Shown piece by piece: positions 28,749 through 38,475 of a stretch of DNA of 55,842 nucleotides. How positions within the stretch are numbered: the stretch's first letter is position 1; each line of letters opens with the position of its first letter. Made by a program: the position numbers and the translations under genes. A model generated the notes under the pieces. The model searched no databases, was not told where the DNA came from, and was given only the letters and a program-made list of their open reading frames with translations. Source of the DNA: Phycisphaerae bacterium (GTDB lineage: Bacteria > Planctomycetota > Phycisphaerae > UBA1845 > Fen-1342); contig JBJXFK010000129.1 in NCBI GenBank assembly GCA_046155505.1, forward strand, positions 1 through 55,842, in the 5' to 3' direction.

Positions 28749-28896
28749 TCCGAACCCCGAGCGCGAGCCAGTTGGGGTATCACGCGCGGGCGGGTGCGTG
28801 CTCTTCGTCGAAGGATCGTCTCTCCAGCGAGCGTATGCTACGTCGTAGGATGGCCTCTCTCCGCACGTTACCCCGTCGCTCGCGCTCCGGGTTCGG
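28749..28896. repeat. MITE-like element with about 30-bp terminal inverted repeats (tccgaaccccgagcgcgagc...ggggta)
   Basis: Left arm tccgaaccccgagcgcgagccagttggggta; right arm ttaccccgtcgctcgcgctccgggttcgga; second copy 52517..52633. Confidence 0.55.
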
Positions 28897-28976
28897 ATGC
28901 TCGCTCGCTTCGCTTCGCGATCAATCGCTTGCGCGTCGCGTTCAGATCGCTGGCGCGATGGCGGTATCAGGCAAGC

Positions 28977-29001
28977 CTAGGGTGGGCATTGCCCACCAAT
29001 T
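28977..29001. repeat. REP-like element (reverse orientation)
   Basis: ctagggtgggcattgcccaccaatt. Confidence 0.6.
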
Positions 29002-29076
29002 GCGCGATCGACGAGCGTCGCATCCCACCGAGAGTCGCAGGCATGAGCGACCACAGTCCACGCCGACTCGCGGCGA

Positions 29077-29101
29077 AATGCTGGGCGATGCCCACCCTAC
29101 G
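29077..29101. repeat. REP-like element (forward orientation)
   Basis: aatgctgggcgatgcccaccctacg; forms an inverted pair with 28977..29001. Confidence 0.6.
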
Positions 29102-29140
29102 CACTAGGCACTGAACCCTGAACCTTGAACCCTGAACCCT
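29101..29140. repeat. heptamer tandem repeat (ccctgaa x4) immediately upstream of the ALDH gene; possible -10 tacaat at about 29154
   Basis: cactaggcactgaaccctgaaccttgaaccctgaaccc. Confidence 0.5.
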
Positions 29141-29190
29141 CTCCCACGGCCCCTTACAATACTCGTCGGCTATTACGAAAGGACCGCCAC

Positions 29191-30750
29191 ATGACCGCTC
29201 TGCTCCAAAAACTCGGCCTTACCAGCGACACGAACCCCGCCGGCTATGACGGCCAATGGCTTGGCTCGGGCGCGACGCTCGACGTGATCACGCCCATCGA
29301 CGGCTCGCGCATCGCTGCGGTGAAGCAGGTCACGCGGGCCGAGTATGACCGCATCATCGCCCGCGCGCATGAGGCGTTCCTCAAGTGGCGCGATGTGCCC
29401 GCACCGCAGCGCGGCGAAGTCGTGCGACAGCTCGGCGACGCCCTGCGTGCGCACAAGAGGGAGTTGGGGGCGCTGGTCACGCTCGAAATGGGCAAGATCA
29501 CGGCCGAGGGCGAGGGTGAAGTGCAGGAGATGATCGACATCTGCGATTTCGCCTGCGGCCTGTCGCGACAGCTTTACGGCCTGAGCATGCACAGCGAGCG
29601 GCCCAAGCACCGCATGTACGAGCAATGGCACCCGCTGGGCGTGGTGGGCATCATCAGCGCGTTCAATTTTCCGGTGGCGGTGTGGGCGTGGAATAGTGCG
29701 CTGGCGGCGGTCTGCGGCGATTCGACGGTCTGGAAGCCGTCGCACAAGACGCCGCTGACGGCGATCGCGAGTACCCGGATCGCGCAAAAGGTGTGCGAGG
29801 CCAACGGCGTGGACGGAGCGATTTTCGCGCTCGCGTTTGGCAGCGTAGCGGATGTGGGCGAGCCGATGCTGGCGGATGCGCGCGTGCCGCTGGTGAGCGC
29901 GACCGGTTCGTGTCGCATGGGCAAGCGCGTGGCCGAGGTGGTGGGTAAGCGGTTTGGCCGAACGATTCTGGAACTGGGCGGAAACAACGCAATCATCGTG
30001 ACGCCGAGCGCGAATCTGGATTTGGCGATGCGGGCGATTTTGTTTGGTGCGGTGGGCACGGCCGGGCAGCGCTGCACGAGCACGCGGCGGATCATCGTGC
30101 ACCATTCGGTGCGCGACGAGCTCGTCGGGCGTTTGTTGAAGGCGTACGAGACGATCCCGATCGGCGATCCGCGCAAGGCGGGCATGCTGTGCGGGCCGCT
30201 GGTTAGCCATCAGGCGGTGACCGACATGCAGAATGCGATCGCGGCACTGAAGCAGCAAGGCGGCACCGTGCTCTACGGCGGTGAGAAGCTCGACGGGGCG
30301 AGCTATCCCGGCGGGCACTATGTGCGGCCGTGCATCGCGGCGGCACGGAATGCGATGCAGATCGTGCAGGACGAGACGTTCGCGCCGATTTTGTATGTGA
30401 TCGACTACGGCACCAATGGGGCGAGTGCGGCGGCTGCGGTCGCGGAAATCGGCGAAGCGATTGCCTTGCAGAACGGCGTGCCGCAGGGCCTGAGCAGCGC
30501 GATTTTCTCAAACCACATGCTCGAGGCCGAGCAATTCCTCGCAGCCGCGGGCAGCGATTGCGGCATCGCGAACGTGAACATCGGCACCAGCGGAGCCGAG
30601 ATCGGCGGCGCGTTCGGCGGCGAAAAAGACACCGGCGGCGGCCGCGAATCGGGCAGCGATTCGTGGAAGGTGTACATGCGGCGACAGACGAACACGATCA
30701 ACTACGGCACGGAATTGCCGCTGGCGCAGGGGATCAAATTTGGGGACTAG
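29191..30750 (+). CDS. aldehyde dehydrogenase, ALDH7 (alpha-aminoadipic/piperideine-6-carboxylate semialdehyde dehydrogenase) family
   Basis: EMIDICDFACGLSRQLYG, catalytic Cys region ILFGAVGTAGQRCTSTRRIIVH, EL-GGNNAI motif. Confidence 0.85.
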   Translation: MTALLQKLGLTSDTNPAGYDGQWLGSGATLDVITPIDGSRIAAVKQVTRAEYDRIIARAHEAFLKWRDVPAPQRGEVVRQLGDALRAHKRELGALVTLEMGKITAEGEGEVQEMIDICDFACGLSRQLYGLSMHSERPKHRMYEQWHPLGVVGIISAFNFPVAVWAWNSALAAVCGDSTVWKPSHKTPLTAIASTRIAQKVCEANGVDGAIFALAFGSVADVGEPMLADARVPLVSATGSCRMGKRVAEVVGKRFGRTILELGGNNAIIVTPSANLDLAMRAILFGAVGTAGQRCTSTRRIIVHHSVRDELVGRLLKAYETIPIGDPRKAGMLCGPLVSHQAVTDMQNAIAALKQQGGTVLYGGEKLDGASYPGGHYVRPCIAAARNAMQIVQDETFAPILYVIDYGTNGASAAAAVAEIGEAIALQNGVPQGLSSAIFSNHMLEAEQFLAAAGSDCGIANVNIGTSGAEIGGAFGGEKDTGGGRESGSDSWKVYMRRQTNTINYGTELPLAQGIKFGD

Positions 30751-30753
30751 TCG

Positions 30754-31470
30754 ATGCATAACGTAGTAAAGGTCGCAACGTGGGACGGGCTCATGGCCAC
30801 GTTCCTCGGGCCGCAGTTTGTTCTGGCGCGGCCGACCGAAGACATTCCGCTGCTACTCTATCGTGGCCAAGCCGACGCGACTTGGAGGCTGCGAACGACG
30901 CTGCAACGTCGCTTTGCCACGAGCAACGCATCCGTTCTGCCTGACGTGTACCAAGGCATGCTGCGAATGTTCAAGCGAGAGTTCGCGGGGCTGGGTATCG
31001 ATACACCCACATTCGACACGGAGAGCGAAATCGAGTGGGAGTTGTTCGCAAGGCATCACGGGCTCCCATCACCAATTCTGGACTGGACCCGCTCGCCGTT
31101 CATCGCGGCGTACTTCGCATTCGCCGCACCGCCCGCGACGGCGACGGAGGTGTCGATTTATTATCTTGCCGTGGGTCACGACGACAAGGGGCACGGGTAC
31201 GAGATTCTCGCGCCTGAGCGATCGCTTCAGTTCAATCCGCGCGCGATAGAGCAGCGAGCCATACCCGTGCGCGTGCTCACGCTTGATCGAGCGCTCGAAG
31301 ATTTGCTCCCCGGGACTCTGTTCCAAATCGACATTCCGATAAGCCAACGATTGATCGCTCTTCGTCAACTCGATTATATGGGCATCAACGCACGCACGCT
31401 GTTCCGCGATGCAGATCGCGCTGCCGAAACGGCCGCACTTCGCTATGATGAAATGGAGGCTGTGCAATGA
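30754..31470 (+). CDS. FRG-domain protein
   Basis: LYRGQADATWRLRTTLQRR and HGLPSPILDWTRSPFIAAYFAF match FRG-domain signature motifs (by memory of the family); starts 3 nt after the ALDH stop. Confidence 0.55.
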   Translation: MHNVVKVATWDGLMATFLGPQFVLARPTEDIPLLLYRGQADATWRLRTTLQRRFATSNASVLPDVYQGMLRMFKREFAGLGIDTPTFDTESEIEWELFARHHGLPSPILDWTRSPFIAAYFAFAAPPATATEVSIYYLAVGHDDKGHGYEILAPERSLQFNPRAIEQRAIPVRVLTLDRALEDLLPGTLFQIDIPISQRLIALRQLDYMGINARTLFRDADRAAETAALRYDEMEAVQ

Positions 31471-31925
31471 CGCTAAAGGATTTTGAGGAGCATGTACGGA
31501 AGGCCGCGCTCACGGATGACGAAAAGCGCTTGATCCGTCTCTTCGACCGCGTCGATATGCCGCTCGACTTTCTGCCCTATACGAGAGAGTTCGACGGTCT
31601 GGTCCGCGAGTTCGACTCGACCCAAACACATGATGGTGCGAAGCGGGAATTGTTCCGGCGTTTGTATCGCTACCGCCAAGTTGGAATGCTGCCTTGGATC
31701 CCTGAATCGCGGTCGCCCGGCGACTCTTCAGCGGGCGAGGACGCGATTGTCGCGCGCGCGATCGCGAATCGTTTCGCCGCCGAGAAGCGTGATCTGATCG
31801 ACATTCTTTACACCCCGGAGTTCGAGGACGTAGTAAACGAGCTAAACTCGCGCCGAATTGGGCCTCCGCTCGGACCAAATCCGACGTGGCGACTACTCTC
31901 ACGTCACTACCGCAGCGTGGCTTGA
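31467..31925 (+). CDS. hypothetical protein, overlapping partner of the FRG-domain gene
   Basis: ATGA overlap with the FRG gene stop; 152 aa, no recognisable domain. Confidence 0.45.
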   Translation: MTLKDFEEHVRKAALTDDEKRLIRLFDRVDMPLDFLPYTREFDGLVREFDSTQTHDGAKRELFRRLYRYRQVGMLPWIPESRSPGDSSAGEDAIVARAIANRFAAEKRDLIDILYTPEFEDVVNELNSRRIGPPLGPNPTWRLLSRHYRSVA

Positions 31926-32052
31926 GTCGTCGCCGCGAATCTGCCGTCGTTGCGTCGCGCGCCTGCCGGATATACCCTCTCCCCTTGCGCGTGGAGCAGG
32001 CCACGCTCCGTTACACGGGCACTACTGCAATGCCCGGCTCGCCGAAAAACGC

Positions 32053-33972
32053 ATGAGCGATAAAGTCCTCGCCTATTCCGAGCCGCGTCAATCGACGCTC
32101 TATGACCGCCGCAAGCAGGCTCCGACGCCGCGAGCCGCGAACAACGCGGCGTATTGGCGGATGCTCGCGCTGGTTTGGCCGCACCGACTGGCGATGCTCT
32201 GGGGCTTGCTGCTGGGCATCGGTGCCGCGTTTTCATACGCGGCCAGCCTGGGCGGCATCATGCCGGTGCTGAAAGTCGTCGTCGAGCAAGAAAGCCTGCA
32301 CGCCTGGTTGCTCGAACGGGCGCAGCGGGCAGGCGACACGTTTGGGCCGGTGCTGACGTGGCTCGCAGGTTTTCTACCCAGCGAGAATTCGGCGGACGCC
32401 CGGCTGCAAACCGTCTACTGGCTGCTCGGCGTGTTGCTGGCGATGAACGTCATCGGCAATCTCTGCCGCGTCTATTCGCAATATCTCGTGCTCTGGGCGT
32501 CGCAGCGCGCGATGATGGACCTGCGCCGCAAGATGTACCGCAAATCACTGCATGTGCAGGTGCTTGACCTCACCGGCGAAGTCTCGGGCCGCATCAGCCA
32601 GTTCATGTCCGACTCGCGCGAAATGTTCATCGGCATCACCACGCTCTTCGGCAAAGTCGCCCGCGAGCCGCTGAAGGCGATCTGCGTCTTTGGCGTCGCA
32701 CTCTTCATCGATTGGCGGCTCACGCTGCTCGTCGTCGCCATCGCGCCGCCGGCGCTGGGCATTCTCTGGTATTTCGGCCGCAAAGTGCGCAAGGCGGCGG
32801 TTCGATTGCTCGAAGGATATGGCATCATGCTCGGCGCGCTCGAAGAGACGCTGCACGGCATCGATGCGGTGAAAGCGCACGGTCGCGAGGCCCACGAGCG
32901 CCGACGCATGTGGGGCCTCGAACGCCGCATGATGCGCGAGTCGCTGCGGCTGGCGTGGATCGAGGCGATCAGCTCGCCATTGATCGAGGTCGTCGGCATC
33001 TCGATTGCCGCGGGTGCGATCGTCTGGCTCGCGGGGCAGACGCTGCACGGCCAGATGGAGTCGAGCCACCTGATGACGATGGTGCTGCTGATCGCGGCGA
33101 TGCTCGATCCGATCCGCAAAGTGGCCAACGTCTACAACGTCGTGCAGCGCAGCGGCGGTGCGGCGGTGCGCGTGTTCGGCTTCCTCGATCAGGAGGAAGA
33201 GCATTCGCCCGAGCGGCCCAAGGCGCTGACCGGCACCGGCCCACGCGAGGTGCGATTCGAAAATCTGGAGTTCCGCTATTCGGCGGAGCAATCGCCGCCG
33301 GCGCTCAGCAACGTGTCGCTGCATGTGAAGGCCGGCGAGTGCGTGGCGCTGGTCGGGCCGAACGGCAGCGGCAAGAGCACGATTTTGAAGATGTTGCCGC
33401 GATTTTTGAAGCCGCAACAGGGCCGAATTCTGGTCGACGGCATCGACGTGACGCAGCTCAGCCTGCGTTCGCTGCGGCTGGAGATCTCGGTCGTCGCGCA
33501 GCGGCCGGTGATTTTTGCGCGCTCGATTCGCGAGAATATCGCGTATGGCTATCCCGATGCGACGGATGAGCAGGTTCGTGATGCGGCACGCAAGGCGTTC
33601 GCGGCCGAGTTCATCGACAACCTGCCGGAGAAGTACGACACGGTCGCGGGCGAGTTCGGCACGAGCCTCTCAGGGGGCCAGCGGCAACGCTTGGCCATCG
33701 CGCGGGCGTTCCTGAAGCCTGCGTCGATCCTCGTTTTCGACGAGGCGACGAGCGAAATCGACGCCGAGAGCGAGCAGAAGATTCACGAAGCGCTCGATGA
33801 GCTGCGACGCGGCAAGACGACGTTTTTGATTGCGCATCGTCACACGGTGATGGACTTGGCCGACCGCATCGTGGTGATGGACGGCGGGCGAATCGTCGAT
33901 GTGGGCACGCGCGAGGAGTTGCTGGCGCGGTGTCCGCTGTTTGTGGCGCTGTACCGATCACCGGGGGCGTAG
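32053..33972 (+). CDS. ABC transporter ATP-binding/permease fusion (MsbA-like type I exporter)
   Basis: 6 TM helices plus NBD with Walker A GPNGSGKST, signature LSGGQRQRLAIARA, Walker B ILVFDEATS. Confidence 0.85.
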   Translation: MSDKVLAYSEPRQSTLYDRRKQAPTPRAANNAAYWRMLALVWPHRLAMLWGLLLGIGAAFSYAASLGGIMPVLKVVVEQESLHAWLLERAQRAGDTFGPVLTWLAGFLPSENSADARLQTVYWLLGVLLAMNVIGNLCRVYSQYLVLWASQRAMMDLRRKMYRKSLHVQVLDLTGEVSGRISQFMSDSREMFIGITTLFGKVAREPLKAICVFGVALFIDWRLTLLVVAIAPPALGILWYFGRKVRKAAVRLLEGYGIMLGALEETLHGIDAVKAHGREAHERRRMWGLERRMMRESLRLAWIEAISSPLIEVVGISIAAGAIVWLAGQTLHGQMESSHLMTMVLLIAAMLDPIRKVANVYNVVQRSGGAAVRVFGFLDQEEEHSPERPKALTGTGPREVRFENLEFRYSAEQSPPALSNVSLHVKAGECVALVGPNGSGKSTILKMLPRFLKPQQGRILVDGIDVTQLSLRSLRLEISVVAQRPVIFARSIRENIAYGYPDATDEQVRDAARKAFAAEFIDNLPEKYDTVAGEFGTSLSGGQRQRLAIARAFLKPASILVFDEATSEIDAESEQKIHEALDELRRGKTTFLIAHRHTVMDLADRIVVMDGGRIVDVGTREELLARCPLFVALYRSPGA

Positions 33973-33993
33973 AGCAGTTCACTCGGTCGCGGT

Positions 33994-36675
33994 CTATGGT
34001 TCATCACACGCAATGCCGAATCGACTCAAGAGCACGGCAAGATCGCTGAGCCCCACGACGCCATCAAGATCAAAGTCTGCGCCCTGGCCGTGACCGCTCA
34101 CCCCGAACCGCCACAGCAAGATGGCCAAATCTGTCAGGTCGATGATACGGTCGTCGGTAAGGTCGCCGACGCATGGGGTCTGGGCACACGGGCGCGCCTC
34201 GACGATGTTGCTCGCTTGGCGACCATCGGTGAAACCGATCGTTCCAGCGAACAGCAGGCGATCCGGCGTAGCGCTATCGCCGTCGTCGTCCCACGCATGA
34301 ATCGAAGTAACCGTGTCGTCATGACCAAAATCACTGCTCGTAGTGAATATCGCGATTTCCTGCCACGCATTGGATTGCCATTCGAAGAATCGGACTCGTA
34401 TGCCGTCAGACGGGCTTGGTAGGCGTTGCTCGGTCACGGCGATCAGCCGTGTCGGCGCATCAAGACCTCGGGCAGTCCTCCACTGCGTCAGCACGCGCAG
34501 CGGACCAGTGAAGCCGGCGCTCATGTTATGCCATGCCGAACCGTCCCAACGCGCGATCCCGTTTGTAAACACTCCGCCAGCGAGTGCGACGTCTCCGTAG
34601 ACAATGAGCTGCGGTAGTGCAGGACCAATCGCGTCCGGATCCCACGCAAGCATCGAAACCGCAGAGCCGGCGAGCGCGATCCCCGAACCCAGCGATTCCC
34701 ATACGACGCCGTTCCAGCGCGCGATTCCAGGCGTGGATCGCGTCCCCGACATCGTAAAGTTACCTGCAGCGATCAGGCGCGCACCTTGCGGACCAGAACC
34801 GTCGAAGTCGAATGCCAGCAATGCGCCGACTGCGCCGTTGAAGCCCTGGTCGAGCGCCCGCCAATTCTGGCCGTTCCAAACTGCGATGCGGTTGAGTAGC
34901 GTGCTTCCACTGGCCGTGAAGGCTCCGCCCGCGACAATTTCACCGGCGAGCGGGCCGGTGCCGTCGCGATCCCACGCCGCAAGCGCGGTGACGGTACCAT
35001 TGAGGCCGCTGCCGAGCGTACGCCAAGTCGTGCCGTCCCAACTTCCGATGCCGCCCGTGTTGGTCGAACCGACCCGAGTAAGTGTTCCACCGACGAAAAG
35101 GTCGCGACCGATCGGTCCGGTCCACGCGCTCCCCGGCGAACACATATCGAGAATACGCCCGATCACGCCCTCCGCCATCGTTGACCAATCGCCATCGACA
35201 TGCGCAGCGATGTTGTTCGCAACTTGAAAATTGCAGTTTAGGAACGCGCCGCCGGCCACTAAAGTCGGTGCCTCATCCGCAGCGTCGCCGCGTTGCCAAG
35301 AGTGCAGGCATTCGACCCGCACGGGGTTGGAGCCGTGCTCGGGGCCCGCTACCGGGCCAATTCCCGAGCCTGTCCCGATCCAGCGCGTGCCGGTCCACTG
35401 GGCGAAGTACTGCACATACTGCGTGCCGGCGACGTAGAAATCGCCCGACGCAAAGAGGGATTCCGATTGCGGCCCGTCGCCGTCGGGATCGAATGTGATG
35501 ACTGCCTTCACGTCGTCATCGTCGACAACATTGCCGAGCCCAGACGCCATTGGGAGCCACGCAGCCCCGTCCCACTGTAGGATGTGCCGCGATGCGTGAG
35601 TACTAGAAAGTTGCCCGCCGGCCACAATACGAGAATTGAGCGGGCCGTCTCCGTCGGGATCCCAGGTCGTTACCGACCTGACGGCACCGCCACTCGCAAG
35701 CCGAAGGAAGCCATCGCACGACGCCCAGACGTTTCCGTCCCAGCGTGCGGTCGGAGTCGACAAAAAAGCCCCTCCGGAAGACGAGAAGTTCCCGACTGCG
35801 ACCAGTTGTGAGGGCGCTTCGCCAGCACCGTCCGGATCCCAAACAGTCAGTTCACTCACATGTTGACCGGACGGACCCAATCCGCTGCCAAGCGGAACCC
35901 AGCCTCCATTCTGATAGGTTGCGATGTTTCGTGCCGAAACGCCTCCTGCCACTGCGAAAGTACCTGCGGCGTACAAGTGTGCTCGTTCGTCGCCGGGGCC
36001 ATCCGCGTCCCAAACGGTCAGCGCGCCGACGACAGTCGAGGCGTTGTCGGGGCCGCAGCCACCGATGTCTTGCCATGACGTCCCGTTCCACGCAGCGATT
36101 CGAGATGCGGGTGTACCGCCCGCGCTGGTGAAGTATCCGCCTGCGACGACGAGTGGCGGCAGAACCCCGTCGCCGTCCGGATCCCACTGCGTCAGTGAGA
36201 TCACGCGGTTGTTCATCCCTTCACCCATTGGGTGCCAGTGCGCCCCGTCGAATCGCGCGATGTTGAGAGCGCCGACATAGTCGATCGACGTGAACTCGCC
36301 GCCCGCGATGAGTTGCGACGGCTCTGGGCCTTCACCGTCCGGGTCCCACGAGGCCATGCTGTACACAACGCCGTACAAGCTGCTGCTCAGAGCCGACCAT
36401 TCCTGACCATCCCAACATGCGACTCCGGGTGTGTTGACCGCACCGGCTGACGTGAAGCCGCCACCGACGACCAGACAAGTCGGCCTCGGACCCGGGCCAT
36501 CGGGATCCCACTTCGTCATGCAATACCCGATCCAACTCAAGCCGGTCGGATCGCCGATTCGTGTGTCAAACTCGAGGCAGGTTTGTGCAGTCACCGGACG
36601 CGCGAGGGTGCCCAGTGCGATCAGAACGACGATCGAGATGAGCCGTCGCTCGATGGACCACGCAGCATTCATCAT
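33994..36675 (-). CDS. large secreted tandem-repeat (beta-propeller-like, about 14 x about 55 aa) protein with C-terminal tandem dockerin-like repeats
   Basis: Signal peptide; recurrent unit AGGxFTxxGGxxxNxIAxWDGxxWxxLGSGxNGxVxALxxWDPDGxGP; C-terminal IIDLTDLAILLWRFG...DLDGVVGLSDLAVLLSRFGIACDEP. Confidence 0.6.
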   Translation of the reverse strand: MMNAAWSIERRLISIVVLIALGTLARPVTAQTCLEFDTRIGDPTGLSWIGYCMTKWDPDGPGPRPTCLVVGGGFTSAGAVNTPGVACWDGQEWSALSSSLYGVVYSMASWDPDGEGPEPSQLIAGGEFTSIDYVGALNIARFDGAHWHPMGEGMNNRVISLTQWDPDGDGVLPPLVVAGGYFTSAGGTPASRIAAWNGTSWQDIGGCGPDNASTVVGALTVWDADGPGDERAHLYAAGTFAVAGGVSARNIATYQNGGWVPLGSGLGPSGQHVSELTVWDPDGAGEAPSQLVAVGNFSSSGGAFLSTPTARWDGNVWASCDGFLRLASGGAVRSVTTWDPDGDGPLNSRIVAGGQLSSTHASRHILQWDGAAWLPMASGLGNVVDDDDVKAVITFDPDGDGPQSESLFASGDFYVAGTQYVQYFAQWTGTRWIGTGSGIGPVAGPEHGSNPVRVECLHSWQRGDAADEAPTLVAGGAFLNCNFQVANNIAAHVDGDWSTMAEGVIGRILDMCSPGSAWTGPIGRDLFVGGTLTRVGSTNTGGIGSWDGTTWRTLGSGLNGTVTALAAWDRDGTGPLAGEIVAGGAFTASGSTLLNRIAVWNGQNWRALDQGFNGAVGALLAFDFDGSGPQGARLIAAGNFTMSGTRSTPGIARWNGVVWESLGSGIALAGSAVSMLAWDPDAIGPALPQLIVYGDVALAGGVFTNGIARWDGSAWHNMSAGFTGPLRVLTQWRTARGLDAPTRLIAVTEQRLPSPSDGIRVRFFEWQSNAWQEIAIFTTSSDFGHDDTVTSIHAWDDDGDSATPDRLLFAGTIGFTDGRQASNIVEARPCAQTPCVGDLTDDRIIDLTDLAILLWRFGVSGHGQGADFDLDGVVGLSDLAVLLSRFGIACDEP

Positions 36676-36919
36676 GCAACTCCACGAAAGAGACGGGGCG
36701 CGATTCGGTCACCACGGCGCACGTCGAACAATGTCCGCGAGCGCGCCGCGCATCCGCCGTCGTCGAAGACGGTGGAATGATGTTCTCATGACAAATTACA
36801 GTGTTCGAGGCACGCTGGCAACACAAAAATCGATTTGCTGTGCGAAATCCCCGACGTCCGGCTCGTCGGCACCGATCGCATCTCTTGCTTGCAAACGATT
36901 CCCGCTACACACTTCCGCG

Positions 36920-38221
36920 ATGAGCGAAGCCCGAGCCAGCGAGAGCCGACATCGCGTCCTCATCATCGGCGGCGGCTTTGGCGGCCTTTATCTCGCCAAG
37001 TCCCTCCGCCGTGCGCCCGTTGACGTGACGCTCATCGACCGCCGCAACTTCCACCTGTTCCAGCCGCTGCTCTATCAGGTCGCCACCGGCGGCCTGTCGC
37101 CTGCGAATATCGCCGCTCCGCTGCGCTGCATACTGAAATCGCAGCGCAACGCCCATGTCGTCCTCGGCGATGTGACCGCGATTGACACGAACGCCCGCAT
37201 CGTCGGCCTCGCCGACGGCGGCGAATTCCCGTTCGACACGCTGGTCGTCGCGGCGGGCGTCGGGAACAACTACTTCGGCAACGACCAATGGGAGCCGCAC
37301 GCGCCGGGGCTGAAATCGCTCGAAGAAGCCACCGAAATCCGCCGCCGCATCTTGCTCGCCTTCGAGCGTGCCGAACGCGAAGACGATCACGGCCGCGCAC
37401 GCCAGTGGCTCACGTTCTGCGTCATCGGCGGCGGACCGACCGGCGTCGAACTCGCGGGCACGCTGGCGGAGATCGCCCGCCACACGCTGCGGCGCGAGTT
37501 CCGCCGCATCAACCCGGCCGACGCGACGGTCACACTGATCGAAGCCGGCGAGCGCATCCTGCCCAGCTATGACCCGATCAGTTCTGAGCGCGCCGCCGAC
37601 AGCCTGCGCCGCCTCGGCGTTGTGTTGCGAATGAACACGCGCGTGACGGACGTGCAGCCCGGCGTCGTGCGGCTGCGCAGCGGCGAAGTCAATGAATCGC
37701 TCGCCGCACACACGGTGCTTTGGAGTGCCGGCGTGCAAGGTTCGCCGCTGGGGCGCATGCTCGCCGAGCAAACCGGCTGCGAGCTGGATCGCATGGGGCG
37801 GGTGATGGTCGGCGGCGATTGCACGATCGTCGGGTATCCTCACATCTATGTCATCGGCGATCTGGCCCACTTTCGCGGCCCAGGCGGCAAGCCGCTGCCC
37901 GGCGTCGCCCCGGTCGCGATGCAGCAGGGTCGCTACGTCGCGCAGCAGATCATGTCGCGCCTGCGTAGCGTCTCGCTCGACCCGTTCGTGTATGACGACA
38001 AGGGCAGCATGGCCACGATCGGCCGCAACGCCGCCGTCGCCGAGATTCGCGGCTGGAAATTCAGTGGTTACATCGCGTGGCTCGCATGGCTGTTCATTCA
38101 CATCGTGTTCTTGATCGAGTTCCAGAACCGGCTGCTGGTGCTCGTGCAGTGGGCGTGGAACTATTTCACTTGGGCGCGATCAGCGCGGCTCATTACGGAG
38201 CCACCGCGACCGCGGGAATAA
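36920..38221 (+). CDS. ndh: type II NADH:quinone oxidoreductase (NDH-2)
   Basis: RVLIIGGGFGGLYLAKSL (FAD GxGxxG), second Rossmann FCVIGGGPTGVELAGTLAE. Confidence 0.8.
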   Translation: MSEARASESRHRVLIIGGGFGGLYLAKSLRRAPVDVTLIDRRNFHLFQPLLYQVATGGLSPANIAAPLRCILKSQRNAHVVLGDVTAIDTNARIVGLADGGEFPFDTLVVAAGVGNNYFGNDQWEPHAPGLKSLEEATEIRRRILLAFERAEREDDHGRARQWLTFCVIGGGPTGVELAGTLAEIARHTLRREFRRINPADATVTLIEAGERILPSYDPISSERAADSLRRLGVVLRMNTRVTDVQPGVVRLRSGEVNESLAAHTVLWSAGVQGSPLGRMLAEQTGCELDRMGRVMVGGDCTIVGYPHIYVIGDLAHFRGPGGKPLPGVAPVAMQQGRYVAQQIMSRLRSVSLDPFVYDDKGSMATIGRNAAVAEIRGWKFSGYIAWLAWLFIHIVFLIEFQNRLLVLVQWAWNYFTWARSARLITEPPRPRE

Positions 38222-38268
38222 TCGCGGGCACGCGGTACTTCGCACCGGTTCGCGCGAATCAACACGTA

Positions 38269-38293
38269 GGTTGGGCACCGCCCAACATTCGCC
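38269..38293. repeat. REP-like element (variant, reverse orientation)
   Basis: cgtaggttgggcaccgcccaacatt. Confidence 0.5.
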
Positions 38294-38361
38294 GCCGCTT
38301 GCAACAGCGCATCAATTGGCGAACAACGCGGGCCATTCCGCGCTCTCTCGTGCCGAGACGA

Positions 38362-38386
38362 ATGGCGGGCGATGCCCACCCTACGC
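38362..38386. repeat. REP-like element (forward)
   Basis: aatggcgggcgatgcccaccctacg. Confidence 0.6.
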
Positions 38387-38407
38387 CGCCAACTGCGCGC
38401 ATGTGCG

Positions 38408-38433
38408 AAATGGTGGGCGATGCCCACCCTATG
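38408..38433. repeat. REP-like element (forward)
   Basis: aaatggtgggcgatgcccaccctatg. Confidence 0.6.
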
Positions 38434-38475
38434 CGTACCACACGCACGCCCATACCGGTTGCTCTCGCCTCATCC

